A program made the position numbers and the translations under genes. This document shows, in pieces, positions 16,201 through 25,751 of a DNA stretch of 64,000 nucleotides (within the stretch, counting starts at the first letter, position 1; every line of letters starts with the position of its first letter). The stretch is from Alphaproteobacteria bacterium (GTDB taxonomy: Bacteria > Pseudomonadota > Alphaproteobacteria > UBA9219 > RGZA01), in the NCBI GenBank assembly GCA_033762625.1, contig JANRLI010000016.1, forward strand, positions 77,660 through 141,659. The letters are read 5' to 3'. Under the pieces are notes generated by a model, which searched no databases, was not told the origin of the DNA, and saw only the letters and a list, made by a program, of their open reading frames with translations.

Positions 16201-18884
16201 CGAAGGGTTTGGTTGGTACCCGCCATGTTAATGGTGCCGTTATTGGTCACGGTGCTGCTGGTTGCAATCGTGTCATTGGTGGTCACAAGACCAAGCGTTG
16301 TGCCAGAGCTAACCGTTGTCGTTCCCGTATAGGTATTGGTGTTGGTCATGCCAACTGTGCCGCCCGAACCCGACACGGTCAGATTACCTGCACCCGAAAT
16401 CACACCGGAAAATAAATCGGTATTCGCGCCAACATTAATCGTATTGCTGCCGGTCAGCGCAATCGTCTTGCTGATGGTGGAATTACCCGTCAATTGCAAG
16501 GTGCTGCCACCCATCAAAATACCGCTGGTGCCATTGATATTGCTTTGACCCGCGATGCTTAAGGTTGTGCCGCTGCCGATTGATGTTGTGCCGGTATAAG
16601 TATTGGTGCCTGTCAGCGTCCATGTACCGGTACCGGTGGTTGCAACATTACCCGCACCGGAAATCACACCGCCCCATGATGCAGTTCCGATTTCGGTCAA
16701 GGTGTGACCTGTGTCGGTTACTACACTTCCAGAACCCGCCAGTGCATTAAAGGTCTGGTCGGTGCCTGTCATATTAATGGTGCCATTATTGGTAACGCCC
16801 GAGCTCGTCGCAATTTCATTATTGGTCGTGGAAAGCGTCAGCGTTGTACCCGACCCAACCGTTGTTGCGCCGGTGTAGGTTTGCGCGGTTGTAACAGTCC
16901 AGTTGCCGGAACCAGCAGTAGTTACATTGCCTGCGCCCGAAATTACACCGGCCCAAGTCGCCGTACCATTTTCGGTAAGCGTATTTCCTGTGCTTGTCAC
17001 CACGCTGCCTGACCCTGCAAGACTGCGCAAAGTCTGGTTGGTGCCGGTCATATTCACGGTGCCATTTACCGTTACGCCGGAACTATTGGTAATTTCATCA
17101 TTGGTCGTGGAAAGCGTCAGCGTCGTGCCAGAACCCACATTGGTTGTGCCTGTGTAAGTCTGTGCGGTTGTAACAGTCCAATTGCCCGTGCCGGTGGTTG
17201 CAACATTACCCGCACCGGAAATCACACCAGCCCAAGTCGCTGTGCCGTTTTCGGTCAAAGTATTGCCGGTAGTAACGGTCACACTACCGCTACCCGCAAG
17301 ATTACGAAGCGTCTGATTGGTGTTGTTGATGGCAAGCGTACCATTCACCGTCACAGCGCTGCTGGTTGCAATTTCATCTGCGGTGGTTGAAAGCGTAAGA
17401 GTCGAACCAGATCCGACATTGGTTGTACCCGTGTAAGTTTGCGCGGTTGTAACAGTCCAATTGCCCGTACCCGTGGTTGCAAGATTACCCGCACCGGAAA
17501 TCACGCCGCCCCAACTTGCCGTGCCGTTTTCGGTAAGCGTATTGCCTGTGCTTGTCACCACGCTGCCTGACCCTGCAAGACTGCGCAGGGTCTGATTGGT
17601 GCCAGTCATATTGACTGTACCATTTACTGTTACGCCGGAACTGGTCGCAATTTCATCATTCGTCGTTGAAAGCGTCAGCGTTGTGCCCGAACCCACATTG
17701 GTTGTGCCCGTGTAAGTTTGTGCAGCCGTCAGCGTAAGATTACCAGTGCCGCTGGTTGCAAGATTACCTGCGCCCGAAATCACGCCGCCAAAGGTTGATG
17801 TTCCAATATCGGTCAAAGTATTGCCGGTGGTAACGGTCACACTGCCGCTACCCGCCAGATTATTCAGTGTCTGGTTGGTGTTGTTAATAGCAAGCGTACC
17901 ATTCACGGTTACTGCACTGCTGGTTGCAATTTCATCTGCGGTGGTTGAAAGCGTAAGGGTTGAACCTGCGCCCACATTGGTTGTACCCGTGTAAGTTTGC
18001 GCGGTCGTAAGCGTCCAATTGCCCGTACCGGTGGTTGCAAGATTTCCCGCACCGGAAATCACACCGGCCCAAGTCGCCGTGCCGTTTTCGGTCAGTGTAT
18101 GGCCCGTATCGGTTACCACGCTTCCAGAACCCGCCAGCGCATTAAACGTCTGGTCGGTGCCCGTCATGTTCACTGTGCCGTTAACAGTCACAGCAGAACT
18201 GGTCGCAATGATATCATTGGTGGTTGAAAGCGTGAGTGTAGTACCCGACCCTACATTGGTTGTGCCAGTATAGGTCTGTGCAACGGTAATGGTCCAGTTA
18301 CCTGTGCCTGTTGTTGCAACATCACCCGCGCCAGAAATCACACCGCCCCAGCTCGATGTTCCGGAATGAGTCAAACTCCCGCCAGCGCTGGTCGTCACGG
18401 TGCCGCTGCCTGATAATGCCTGCAATGTCTGTGTGGTTGCTGCGATATTGATGCGGCCATTGTTTACAACACTGGCACTGCTGGCGATTACGTTATTCGC
18501 GCCAAACGCAAGCACTGCGCCGCTGGTAATGGTCGTGGTGCCGGTATAGGTATTCGCACCCGACAATGTCCACGCATTCACATTGGGGCTAAGGGATGTT
18601 GAGCCATCAATCGTCACATTTCCGGCACCGCTGATAACTTTGGTATAAGTGCTGCCTGCGCTAATCTGATCGGTCAGGTTGCCATCGACATTGGTGTTAT
18701 ACCCACTTGCAAAATCGACGATAACAATAAAGCCGCCCATACCATCGGGTACGGTGATCTGGCTGGTGTCATTAATATCGGTGAACGTATTATCAGCGCG
18801 CGCAGCGTTAAACGCAGAGGCTGATAAGGCAATAATGATAGCAAGCGATGCAGAAAATTTATTGAAACGATAATGGGCTGGCAT
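13266..18884 (-). CDS. Giant autotransporter (1872 aa): signal peptide, about 9 tandem ~95 aa passenger repeats, additional beta-helix, Pro/Gln-rich linker, C-terminal barrel
   Basis: Repeat unit GTGNWT.T.AQTYTGTTNVGSG.TLTLSTT.DEIATSSAVTVNGT....NQTL..LAGSGSV....NTLTENGTA.W.GVISGAGN; PQ-rich VPQVVPQVQPQQ region; barrel ending GVFGGMKYRW (terminal Trp). Confidence 0.8.
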   Translation of the reverse strand: MPAHYRFNKFSASLAIIIALSASAFNAARADNTFTDINDTSQITVPDGMGGFIVIVDFASGYNTNVDGNLTDQISAGSTYTKVISGAGNVTIDGSTSLSPNVNAWTLSGANTYTGTTTITSGAVLAFGANNVIASSASVVNNGRINIAATTQTLQALSGSGTVTTSAGGSLTHSGTSSWGGVISGAGDVATTGTGNWTITVAQTYTGTTNVGSGTTLTLSTTNDIIATSSAVTVNGTVNMTGTDQTFNALAGSGSVVTDTGHTLTENGTATWAGVISGAGNLATTGTGNWTLTTAQTYTGTTNVGAGSTLTLSTTADEIATSSAVTVNGTLAINNTNQTLNNLAGSGSVTVTTGNTLTDIGTSTFGGVISGAGNLATSGTGNLTLTAAQTYTGTTNVGSGTTLTLSTTNDEIATSSGVTVNGTVNMTGTNQTLRSLAGSGSVVTSTGNTLTENGTASWGGVISGAGNLATTGTGNWTVTTAQTYTGTTNVGSGSTLTLSTTADEIATSSAVTVNGTLAINNTNQTLRNLAGSGSVTVTTGNTLTENGTATWAGVISGAGNVATTGTGNWTVTTAQTYTGTTNVGSGTTLTLSTTNDEITNSSGVTVNGTVNMTGTNQTLRSLAGSGSVVTSTGNTLTENGTATWAGVISGAGNVTTAGSGNWTVTTAQTYTGATTVGSGTTLTLSTTNNEIATSSGVTNNGTINMTGTDQTFNALAGSGSVVTDTGHTLTEIGTASWGGVISGAGNVATTGTGTWTLTGTNTYTGTTSIGSGTTLSIAGQSNINGTSGILMGGSTLQLTGNSTISKTIALTGSNTINVGANTDLFSGVISGAGNLTVSGSGGTVGMTNTNTYTGTTTVSSGTTLGLVTTNDTIATSSTVTNNGTINMAGTNQTLRNLSGSGSIVTDSGHTLTENGTGTFSGVISGAGNVATTGTGTWTLSGVNTYTGTTTIGSGSTLSLTVNDAIATSSDVEINGVLDVNSTSQTLTNLSGSGSILLDGGTITQNGTNTFTGSVGDGSPTGGGLIVTGNGTWRVTGNNTYTGTTTIISGSTLQNDGSVASSTVTVNSGAGLKGIGTFTGQIVNNGTVAPGDSPGTLTVAGFTQNSGGTFEVEFSDTVHDQLIVTGSPASLDGKIHYKPLTPSSRYVRGTTYTIISSPAGSGTGRFTTTSSGATIGADNIVNASNDAEIAASSNPLLALQTLYSPTATQMKIVQAELFGNAPGATKNQAATGRALDGIQQTTANGSSMDTLLNALSAVGPTGQAAALETLSGQVNADIGQGWRENHFTFDEILSNPGSGNCDTMYNYDYDTADGSDYVAPQLQQPTRTVMPNSRYTPIAYETRRGMLARPIGLTAMDYAPDNYKALMHARSGINNGMPNGYIPAPQPVMQAMPQVQSGYRPLGLYSQIYAPQGMVAQAAPPAVNYMVVQSSGYMPGPMPTPQMMPSYQHYAQSNMNTPYGGAPRQNLYSQTNIPVPQQPVQVMTQQAQVVPQVAPQVQPQYVPQQPQQYMQQQYVPQQVMQQPQMQPQVVPQVVPQVQPQQYASMPPVQQEPPPYYERKEQRYQQMPLILPRDSQRVNQGERKQVQLKRNFMRQNVAAWGCAYGKFATLTGNSNVSDIKGTQVGGMVGLEFKPERDTLLRIGFGYGNNELELKQNNNTASLNSYQLGVYGQKNLDSNIYVGGAVGIGFDKGDTKRDIRVGTFTGTAKGSPEGQTFSASGTLGYKADDGDVQLGIFDTVSYLYNNQDAFVETGANAANLAVDSESTHALRNTLQVHVAKRFDIDRADGSMLIPELTAAYLYDAYRPEANATQTFDGTTARFKVDGTNIEPSALQAGAGMQLRLNNDFSVFGKYSGRFRNNETTHGVFGGMKYRW
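15880..18440. repeat. Tandem ~285 bp near-identical DNA repeats inside the giant autotransporter gene (approximate boundaries)
   Basis: Protein-level 95 aa periodicity; plus-strand ORF track shows recurring PAPEITP...VPFSV... antisense peptides every ~285 nt. Confidence 0.65.
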
Positions 18885-19134
18885 AAAGGGTCCTTTGCAT
18901 ACTGCACTAACCCTAGCCTTACCTTTTTTGTTACATCGTTAACGAAACCACATAAAAACCACGATTCGTCATTTTCTATGCTCATGATTCAAAAAAGGCA
19001 CAACTCCCATTTCATGAAAAAAATGTAATGATATTAAATGGTTAAAAGCACAGTCGGGGACACCCAACACTAGACCACATATTCAAGGCGCGCATAACGC
19101 ATCAAAAACCATGCGCAATTATTAATCCCATCCC

Positions 19135-21618
19135 CTAGCTTAATTGTTCCAGAAACACCGTCACTTCCTTATAGGACTGTGACAGATCTAGGAACAACGC
19201 CTGCTTGGTCGCACTATCGCTTTCGAACTGGTCTTCCGCTTGCTTGCATATATGCGACAGCGGCACCGCGCCGAAATTTGCTGCCGAACCTTTCAATTTA
19301 TGCGCGGCCTTTTTCCAGCGGATATTTTCGCCATCCATCATATTTCCTGCTAATGTCGCCAAGGATTCCTCGGCGCCTTTGGTGAACATATCGAATACCA
19401 TTTTGCGTTCGGCCGGGTCATCACCCACATATAAACTCAAATGCGTCAGGTCAACGGGCGGCAGACGCATTTCGGTTTCCTTTTCTTCATTCATACCTTC
19501 CTCCTGCTGTTCACCATCACGTGTTTTGTTGATTTTTGGTAAAGGCTGTACCGGCAAAGGCTCGCTACTGGTCAAATATTTCACCAATACTTCCATCAAG
19601 CGATTACTGTTAATCGGCTTGCTCACGTAATCATCCATACCTGCATCGATGCATTTTTCGCGGTCGCCAATCATGGCGTTGGCAGTCATGGCGATAACAG
19701 GCATGCGTTTGCCGGTAATAATCTCGCGCTGGCGAATGGCACGGCTTACTTCATACCCGTCCATTTCCGGCATCTGGCAATCGGTGATGACGATGTCATA
19801 CCGGCCTTTTTCGATCATCTGCAACGCGGTCTTGCCGTCTTCCGCCGTATCCACCGTGCCAAATCCGAATTTGGTCAACAATTTTTTGGCAAAGAACAAA
19901 TTCACGGGATGATCATCGACGACAATGATGCGGCGCTTGCCAAAATCCATATCCGTCATATCGCTAGATTGCGCCGCGCGGTTTTCCTGCATCAAGCGTT
20001 CGGTCTGTTCGGCATTGGCAACTTGCAATGGCAAGGTAAACCAGAAACTTGAGCCTTTCCCCAGCAAGCTTTCAACGCCAATCGTGCCGCCCATCGCTTC
20101 AACAAGCAATTTGCACACGGTCAGGCCAAGGCCGGTGCCGCCAAACCGGCGCGTGGTGGATTCATCGGCCTGTGTGAATTTCTGGAAAATCTTGCCCAGA
20201 TTTTTTTCCGAAATGCCGATGCCGGTATCATCCACACGGAACAGGAATTCGATAACACCATTTGGCATACGGCGCGATGAAACATCCAGTTTCACATAAC
20301 CCACTTCCGTGAACTTCAACGCATTCCCGACCAGATTGGTTACCACTTGGCGAATGCGCGCGGCATCACCAATGACGCAATCAGGCGTAGTCGCGTTATA
20401 AAAATGATTAAGAGCGATCCCTTTGTTCTTTGCCAAGGGGTCTAACAAGCGCACCGCTTCATGAATGGTGGCATTCAAATTGAACGGGATATCTTCCAGC
20501 GTGAGCTGCCCCGCTTCGATCTTCGATAAATCCAAAATATCATTCAAAAGGGAGAGTAAACTTTCGCCGGAATTGAAAATGGTTTGCACCAATTCGCGCT
20601 GTTCGGGCGTTAAGTGCATATCTTTCAATAACCCCGCCATACCCAGCACACCATTCATCGGCGTACGCAATTCATGGCTCATATTGGCAAGGAAATCGCT
20701 TTTTGCGCGGCTGGCAGCTTCGGCCTTCAAGGATTCTTCACGCAAGATTTCTTCGGTCTTTTTCAGTTTGGTGATGTCATAGCTATACACATTGGCAGTT
20801 TGTTCGCCGGCCAGAAAATTCGCGGTGACTACTTGCTGATAGGTAATTTTTCCGACCACCACTTCGCGGGTAACGGGCTTGCGTTCATCATAGGCCTTGC
20901 GTGCATCGCGGATGATTCCTTCCAGCAACGGATGGGCCATACCTTTTTTCAAAATATCCGAATATTTATTATAGGCAGCGGGGTTCACGAACAACAACGC
21001 TTCCTTATCGATATCGATTTTCATCAACGGGTCAGGATTGTGTAGCGGAAATTGCGCAATTTCTTCCGCCTTCTTTTGCGCTTTTTCGGCCGCGGTTTTG
21101 GCTTGCACCAACTCGGCTTCAAAATTCTTGCGCTCGGTGATATCGCGTTCAATTGCAGCAAAATGCGTAATGCGGCCATGCACATTGCGGATCGGCACAA
21201 TATTGATGTTGAGCCAGTATTCTGCCCCATTTTTGTGATAATTCAGTAGCTCGCCCTCAAAGGGCTGGCCGGCTTCCAATGCGCTGCGTATTTTGCGCAA
21301 GGTATCCTTATCCGTTTTTTCTCCTTGCAGGATGCGCGGGGTTTTGCCCACCACTTCTTCGCGGCTATACCCGCTGATACGGATAAACGCATCATTCACA
21401 TAGACAATGCTGGGACCATCGGCATCAGCGAAATTCGCCTTGGTGATGATCACGCCGTCTTTGGAATTACGTACCACTTCTTCAAACAGCACCATGCCTT
21501 CCACTTCTTGGCGCAGGATTCTTGTTTCTTCCAGACTTTGCTTCAAATCCAAAGCGAGCGCTTCGGATTTCATATGAGCCATTTTAAGGGCGATTTCGGA
21601 TGCAGATTCGTCACTCAT
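19135..21618 (-). CDS. Hybrid sensor histidine kinase: coiled-coil, PAS domains, HisKA, HATPase_c, receiver, C-terminal HPt
   Basis: H-box ANMSHELRTPMNGVLGMAGLL; G-box region GGTGLGLTVCKLLVEAMGG; REC IIVVDDHPVNLFFAKKLL...ITDCQMPEMDGYEV; HPt HKLKGSAANFG. Confidence 0.85.
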   Translation of the reverse strand: MSDESASEIALKMAHMKSEALALDLKQSLEETRILRQEVEGMVLFEEVVRNSKDGVIITKANFADADGPSIVYVNDAFIRISGYSREEVVGKTPRILQGEKTDKDTLRKIRSALEAGQPFEGELLNYHKNGAEYWLNINIVPIRNVHGRITHFAAIERDITERKNFEAELVQAKTAAEKAQKKAEEIAQFPLHNPDPLMKIDIDKEALLFVNPAAYNKYSDILKKGMAHPLLEGIIRDARKAYDERKPVTREVVVGKITYQQVVTANFLAGEQTANVYSYDITKLKKTEEILREESLKAEAASRAKSDFLANMSHELRTPMNGVLGMAGLLKDMHLTPEQRELVQTIFNSGESLLSLLNDILDLSKIEAGQLTLEDIPFNLNATIHEAVRLLDPLAKNKGIALNHFYNATTPDCVIGDAARIRQVVTNLVGNALKFTEVGYVKLDVSSRRMPNGVIEFLFRVDDTGIGISEKNLGKIFQKFTQADESTTRRFGGTGLGLTVCKLLVEAMGGTIGVESLLGKGSSFWFTLPLQVANAEQTERLMQENRAAQSSDMTDMDFGKRRIIVVDDHPVNLFFAKKLLTKFGFGTVDTAEDGKTALQMIEKGRYDIVITDCQMPEMDGYEVSRAIRQREIITGKRMPVIAMTANAMIGDREKCIDAGMDDYVSKPINSNRLMEVLVKYLTSSEPLPVQPLPKINKTRDGEQQEEGMNEEKETEMRLPPVDLTHLSLYVGDDPAERKMVFDMFTKGAEESLATLAGNMMDGENIRWKKAAHKLKGSAANFGAVPLSHICKQAEDQFESDSATKQALFLDLSQSYKEVTVFLEQLS

Positions 21619-21631
21619 ACATCCTCCATCA

Positions 21632-22006
21632 TTATCGGTTCAATACATCGGGGCGCGTGGTCTCGACGATACTCAAAGCCTCGGTGATTAATCCTGGCGG
21701 CACTCCCAGATCTTCCATGGATGTTTTCAAATGCAGCGCTACTTGGTCAAAATGCACATCGGATAATCCGCGTTCAACCAGCCGTTCATGGGCTCTGCGC
21801 ATGGTTTCACCGCTGTAGTGTGTAGGCCCGCCAAATGCCATGCTGACAAAAGCAAACTGGCTGGTACGCAACCGTTCCACATTAATGTCTTTGAAAAACG
21901 GAATCAGTAACGGGTCTGAAAGAATTTTGTCATACAGCAGTGCAACTGTGGCCTGCACCGATTGCGCCCCGCCGATCCGTTCATAAAGTGACATGACATG
22001 GTTCAT
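21632..22006 (-). CDS. Truncated (2/2) hemoglobin, group I-like, co-transcribed immediately upstream of the hybrid kinase
   Basis: 124 aa; SLYERIGG...AV..FY N-terminal trHb signature, HERL...HF region; 13 nt gap to kinase gene. Confidence 0.65.
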   Translation of the reverse strand: MNHVMSLYERIGGAQSVQATVALLYDKILSDPLLIPFFKDINVERLRTSQFAFVSMAFGGPTHYSGETMRRAHERLVERGLSDVHFDQVALHLKTSMEDLGVPPGLITEALSIVETTRPDVLNR

Positions 22007-22018
22007 GGTTTTTCCTTT

Positions 22019-22900
22019 TTAATTGGCGTGCGCGATATCCGATTTACACATATCGATATACCGGTCAAACGCGCCGCGGTTGAACGGTTTACCAATAAAC
22101 CCAACCGCCCCCGCCGCATAGGCCTTCACGCGATTATCCACATAACTATTGCTGCTGAACATGATGACCCGGCAATGCGGATCATACGCTTTTATGTAAT
22201 TCAGCAGCATAAACCCGTCACATCCCGGCATTTCAATATCCACAAATACGATATCGGGCGTGAGCAGCAAATGCTTTTCGATCGCTTCCGGAACCGATGC
22301 CGCGGTTGCCATGGGATATTCGTTTTTAAATGCCTTGGAAACAATATGCCGCGTCGTTGCATCATCATCCACCACCATCACGCAGGGCTTTGCGTTGCGC
22401 AGACGCTGTTTATGGGTTGCCATCCATGCTTTCAATAGATCACTGATGTGCGGCACCATTGCTTTGAGTGAATCGAATTCAATCGTATCGACCGTGTTCA
22501 TGCGGTCATGCGGGGTTGCATACAGGCGTGACAGCTCATCAATCGTATCCATATCGTCCAGCAGCACAAAATGGCGGAAGCTAAAAAACGGCCGCATGCC
22601 ATTCAATTCGTCAATGTCATGGCGCAGATGTTTTAAATGGTCCTTGGTCAGATGCTCGGCGATGACCACCACCATATTCGTGCCCAATTGCAAGATCACG
22701 CCGTCGCATCCGCCCAATGTCGCACGGCTCACATGGCACAGATGACTGTGGATCATGGGGTCAAGCGCGTCTTGCGGTTCCGTTGCCGCAGATATCACCA
22801 CCGCATGCCAGCCTTCCCACGATGCAGGATCGGCAGCAAGGCTGATGGAAAAATTGCCGATAAAACGGCTAACGGCATCGGGTTCGTTCAAAATCTGCAT
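22019..22900 (-). CDS. Atypical response regulator: ~150 aa N-terminal domain of unknown function plus C-terminal receiver domain
   Basis: REC at C-terminus: VMVVDDDATTRHIV...FVDIEMPGCDGFMLL...FSSNSY...GAVGFIGKPF; N-domain has no recognisable motif; paralogous to next gene. Confidence 0.7.
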   Translation of the reverse strand: MQILNEPDAVSRFIGNFSISLAADPASWEGWHAVVISAATEPQDALDPMIHSHLCHVSRATLGGCDGVILQLGTNMVVVIAEHLTKDHLKHLRHDIDELNGMRPFFSFRHFVLLDDMDTIDELSRLYATPHDRMNTVDTIEFDSLKAMVPHISDLLKAWMATHKQRLRNAKPCVMVVDDDATTRHIVSKAFKNEYPMATAASVPEAIEKHLLLTPDIVFVDIEMPGCDGFMLLNYIKAYDPHCRVIMFSSNSYVDNRVKAYAAGAVGFIGKPFNRGAFDRYIDMCKSDIAHAN

Positions 22901-22928
22901 GACGATTTCCTTTTAAAAAACAGCTAAA

Positions 22929-23792
22929 TTAAATCGTGTGATAGGTGGGCGCCTGCGCGATATATTGCAGCAGTTTCGATTTGGAGAACGGCTTGCCGAT
23001 AAATCCTTTCGCACCGATCTGCATCGCACGCATGATGTCGCTGCGTGTGCTATTCGCGCTCAGCATCACTACATAAGCAGTTGGGTCGATGACAAGAATT
23101 TTTTGTAGCACCTCGTGCCCGCTAATATCGGGAAGTCCGATATCCAAAAACACAACGTCTGGCGCATATTTTTCATACGCCTCGCATGCCTTGGTCCCGT
23201 CTTCTGCTACAAATGTCATGCAATCGGGCTCGACAGCTTTTTTGGCAATGAACACCGATAACGGATCATCTTCGACAATCAATACGCAATTGCGCGAACG
23301 CTCAAAGCGACGGGTCAAGATATCCTTGCTCACTTTGGTGTTGGCATGGTCGTGCTCGGCTGCCATGCGGATATTGCCGGTGGTTTCACGGCGGGCTTCG
23401 GCGACATTCAATTTGTCACATGCGGTTTCGAATAATTCCTGCCAGCTAAGGCCAAGATCATATAAAACACTCAGCGGTAACATCATCTTCAGACGCAATT
23501 CTTCGCTGACATGGAAATTGATTTCATGGCTGATGGCTTCGAAATCCTTGCGGGTAATGGCTTTACCCACCACGATGATGTCATCATCATTCATAAAGAA
23601 TATGGTGCCTTCATATTCGGACAATTCATTGGTGATGATTCCAAAGGCAATTTTTTGAATGTCGGTGACGCTGGTAAATTCTTTGAGAAGGGAGAAATTG
23701 AAACTCATCGCACGCCAGGATGCACGGGTGGCTTTGATCGAAGTGAGCGTCTCTTTCAGTCTTAATTCGCTCTCTGCTCTCACGGTCATCAT
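22929..23792 (-). CDS. Atypical response regulator paralog (unknown N-terminal domain + C-terminal receiver)
   Basis: REC: VLIVEDDPLSVFIAKKAV...FLDIGLPDISGHEVL...LSANS...GAKGFIGKPF; N-domain alignable to paralog (GTIFFMNDDDIIVVGKAITRKDFEAISHEI vs GVILQLGTNMVVVIAEHLTKDHLKHLRHDI). Confidence 0.7.
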   Translation of the reverse strand: MMTVRAESELRLKETLTSIKATRASWRAMSFNFSLLKEFTSVTDIQKIAFGIITNELSEYEGTIFFMNDDDIIVVGKAITRKDFEAISHEINFHVSEELRLKMMLPLSVLYDLGLSWQELFETACDKLNVAEARRETTGNIRMAAEHDHANTKVSKDILTRRFERSRNCVLIVEDDPLSVFIAKKAVEPDCMTFVAEDGTKACEAYEKYAPDVVFLDIGLPDISGHEVLQKILVIDPTAYVVMLSANSTRSDIMRAMQIGAKGFIGKPFSKSKLLQYIAQAPTYHTI

Positions 23793-24001
23793 GGCATTCT
23801 CTCCTGTTTCAGCCTTGTGATAGGCAATACATTGCAGCCACCGTGCCAGAAGATTTGAAATGCTATTTCATTGAATTTTCATAAGATTTTATTTGAATAT
23901 CAAAATAGCCTCATAATATTTCTCGATTTGGGACATTCATTTTTGGAATTTTTCTCATTTTGGTAAGGAAGATTTAATCCCCGATACCTATTATACGAAG
24001 C

Positions 24002-25393
24002 ATGAAACCTCGCATTCTGGTCGTCGAAGACAGCGAAACGCAACGCTACCTGCTGGCAAAATTACTCGGCTTTCGGCTCGGCTATGATGTGGTGGAGGCG
24101 GAAAACGGCCTGATTGCGTTGCAAAAATTAGCCGACGATAAAACGGGCAGCATCTCTGCCGTATTGCTCGATCTGGAAATGCCGGAAATGGATGGCCGCG
24201 CAGCCTTGCCCAAAATACACGCGCTGCGTCCTGAACTTCCGATTATTATTTTAACAGCCACCGAAGACATCAACGATGTGGTAGATGTGATGAAACTCGG
24301 CGCAACCGATTTTCTGATTAAACCGCCGGATGCCGACCTTTTGAAAAGCGCGCTGGATAAGGCGATTAAAATCCAAACCCTGCGGCATGAAGTGGAACGC
24401 CTCACCCGCGAACAAAAGGGCAAGCGCGCCTTTACCGATATCATCGGTCATGCGGGTGACTTGAAAACCGCGATTAAACTGGCGCGTAAAGCCGCAGCTT
24501 CCGATATTTCCGTACTCATCAGCGGGGAAAGCGGTGTGGGCAAGGAAGTCTTTGCGCGGGCCATCCACACCGAAAGCGCGCGGGCGCAAAAGCCGTTTGT
24601 TGCGGTCAATTGCGGCGCACTGCCACGCGAACTGGTAGAAAGCATTCTATTCGGCCATAAAAAAGGTGCGTTTACAGGCGCTACCAGTGACGAGATCGGT
24701 AAATTCCGCGAAGCCGAAGGCGGCACATTGTTCCTCGATGAAATCGGCGAATTACCGCTGGACGCGCAGGTAAAATTACTGCGCACATTGCAACAACGCG
24801 AAGTCGAACGTGTGGGCGGCGGCAAACCCATTCCGGTCAATATCCGCGTCATCGCCGCTAGCAACCGTTCGATTACACAAGAAGTGAAACGCGGTCATTT
24901 CCGCGAGGATTTATATTATCGTTTGAATGCGTTTCCCATCCATATTCCGGCGCTGCGCGAACGTAGGCATGATATGAATGAACTATGTGAATTCTTCCTG
25001 CGCCATTATGCAATGGTTGAACAACGCGACATTGATGGCTTTGATGCTTCGGCCAAACAATGGCTGCTGCATCATTCATGGCCAGGCAATGTGCGTGAAC
25101 TGGAAAATAAAATTTACCGTGCCGTATTGCTGTGTGAAGGGCGCACCATTCATCTTGAACATATCGTCATGGATGAAATGCAATCCGCCACAGTGCAAGG
25201 CTTATCCGCTACGCCCGCACCGGGCGCTATTCAACTGGTTGATGTCAATGGCGCAATCAAATCCATGGCCGCGATCGAACATGAAGCCATCCGCGCCGTG
25301 CTGGATATGCACGATCAAAACATCCGCGCTACCGCCGATGCGTTGCATATCGGCGCATCCACCATCTATCGTAAATTGGAAAATAAGTCGTAA
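24002..25393 (+). CDS. Sigma-54-dependent transcriptional activator (NtrC family): receiver, AAA+ sigma-54 interaction domain, Fis-type HTH
   Basis: [17 protein letters not shown]...DLEMPEMDG; Walker A GESGVGKE; GAFTGA motif; ESELFGH-like ESILFGH; C-terminal [18 protein letters not shown]. Confidence 0.85.
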   Translation: MKPRILVVEDSETQRYLLAKLLGFRLGYDVVEAENGLIALQKLADDKTGSISAVLLDLEMPEMDGRAALPKIHALRPELPIIILTATEDINDVVDVMKLGATDFLIKPPDADLLKSALDKAIKIQTLRHEVERLTREQKGKRAFTDIIGHAGDLKTAIKLARKAAASDISVLISGESGVGKEVFARAIHTESARAQKPFVAVNCGALPRELVESILFGHKKGAFTGATSDEIGKFREAEGGTLFLDEIGELPLDAQVKLLRTLQQREVERVGGGKPIPVNIRVIAASNRSITQEVKRGHFREDLYYRLNAFPIHIPALRERRHDMNELCEFFLRHYAMVEQRDIDGFDASAKQWLLHHSWPGNVRELENKIYRAVLLCEGRTIHLEHIVMDEMQSATVQGLSATPAPGAIQLVDVNGAIKSMAAIEHEAIRAVLDMHDQNIRATADALHIGASTIYRKLENKS

Positions 25394-25410
25394 GCTATAA
25401 TCGCAGAGAT

Positions 25411-25472
25411 AAAACCCGCCCGAACGGTTGTGCCCACATTTTTTTAATTGGGCACAGCGTAGTCGGTCTAAA
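25411..25472. repeat. Palindromic intergenic repeat, copy 1 (upstream of tpsB)
   Basis: aaaacccgcccgaacggttgtgcccacatttttttaattgggcacagcgtagtcggtctaaa with internal hairpin GTGCCCA-loop-TGGGCAC; near-identical to the 34754-34874 copy. Confidence 0.55.
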
Positions 25473-25751
25473 TAAAACTGTGGACAATATAGGGTGTCAA
25501 CCTGCGACCTGTTGATAAAGCGAACGGCCACGCACGACCTATAACGCATTTCTTCATCGCATCACAAAACCAAGCTGTTGTTTTCATTGAGTGCAAACGG
25601 GGTTCGTCGCACCAACCATGCTTTTATACACCGCGCATGTGCGTCAATCGCAGCAAGCACGCGCGGCCGTCAGATTATTTGAGTTCAATGGCTTTTTTGC
25701 TAGGCTCGCCTGCTGCCATTTCATGCCTGCACCTTATTTTATTACCGTTGA

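Noticed and set aside
13455-18273. Many 60-145 aa plus-strand ORFs (e.g. 14163-14600 HLWL-rich, 15775-16053, 16903-17157, 17746-17994, 18019-18273 with recurring PAPEITP...VPFSV peptides)
   Set aside because: They are antisense to the giant autotransporter gene and recur with the 285 bp repeat period. They are artefacts of the tandem repeat and the Pro/Gln-rich linker, not genes.
25440-25465. TGGGCACAGCGTAGTCGG resembling a sigma-54 (TGGCAC-N5-TTGCA) promoter next to the sigma-54 activator gene
   Set aside because: The GG-N10-GC spacing is not satisfied. The sequence is part of the palindromic repeat that recurs at 34754-34874 where no sigma-54 target is expected.
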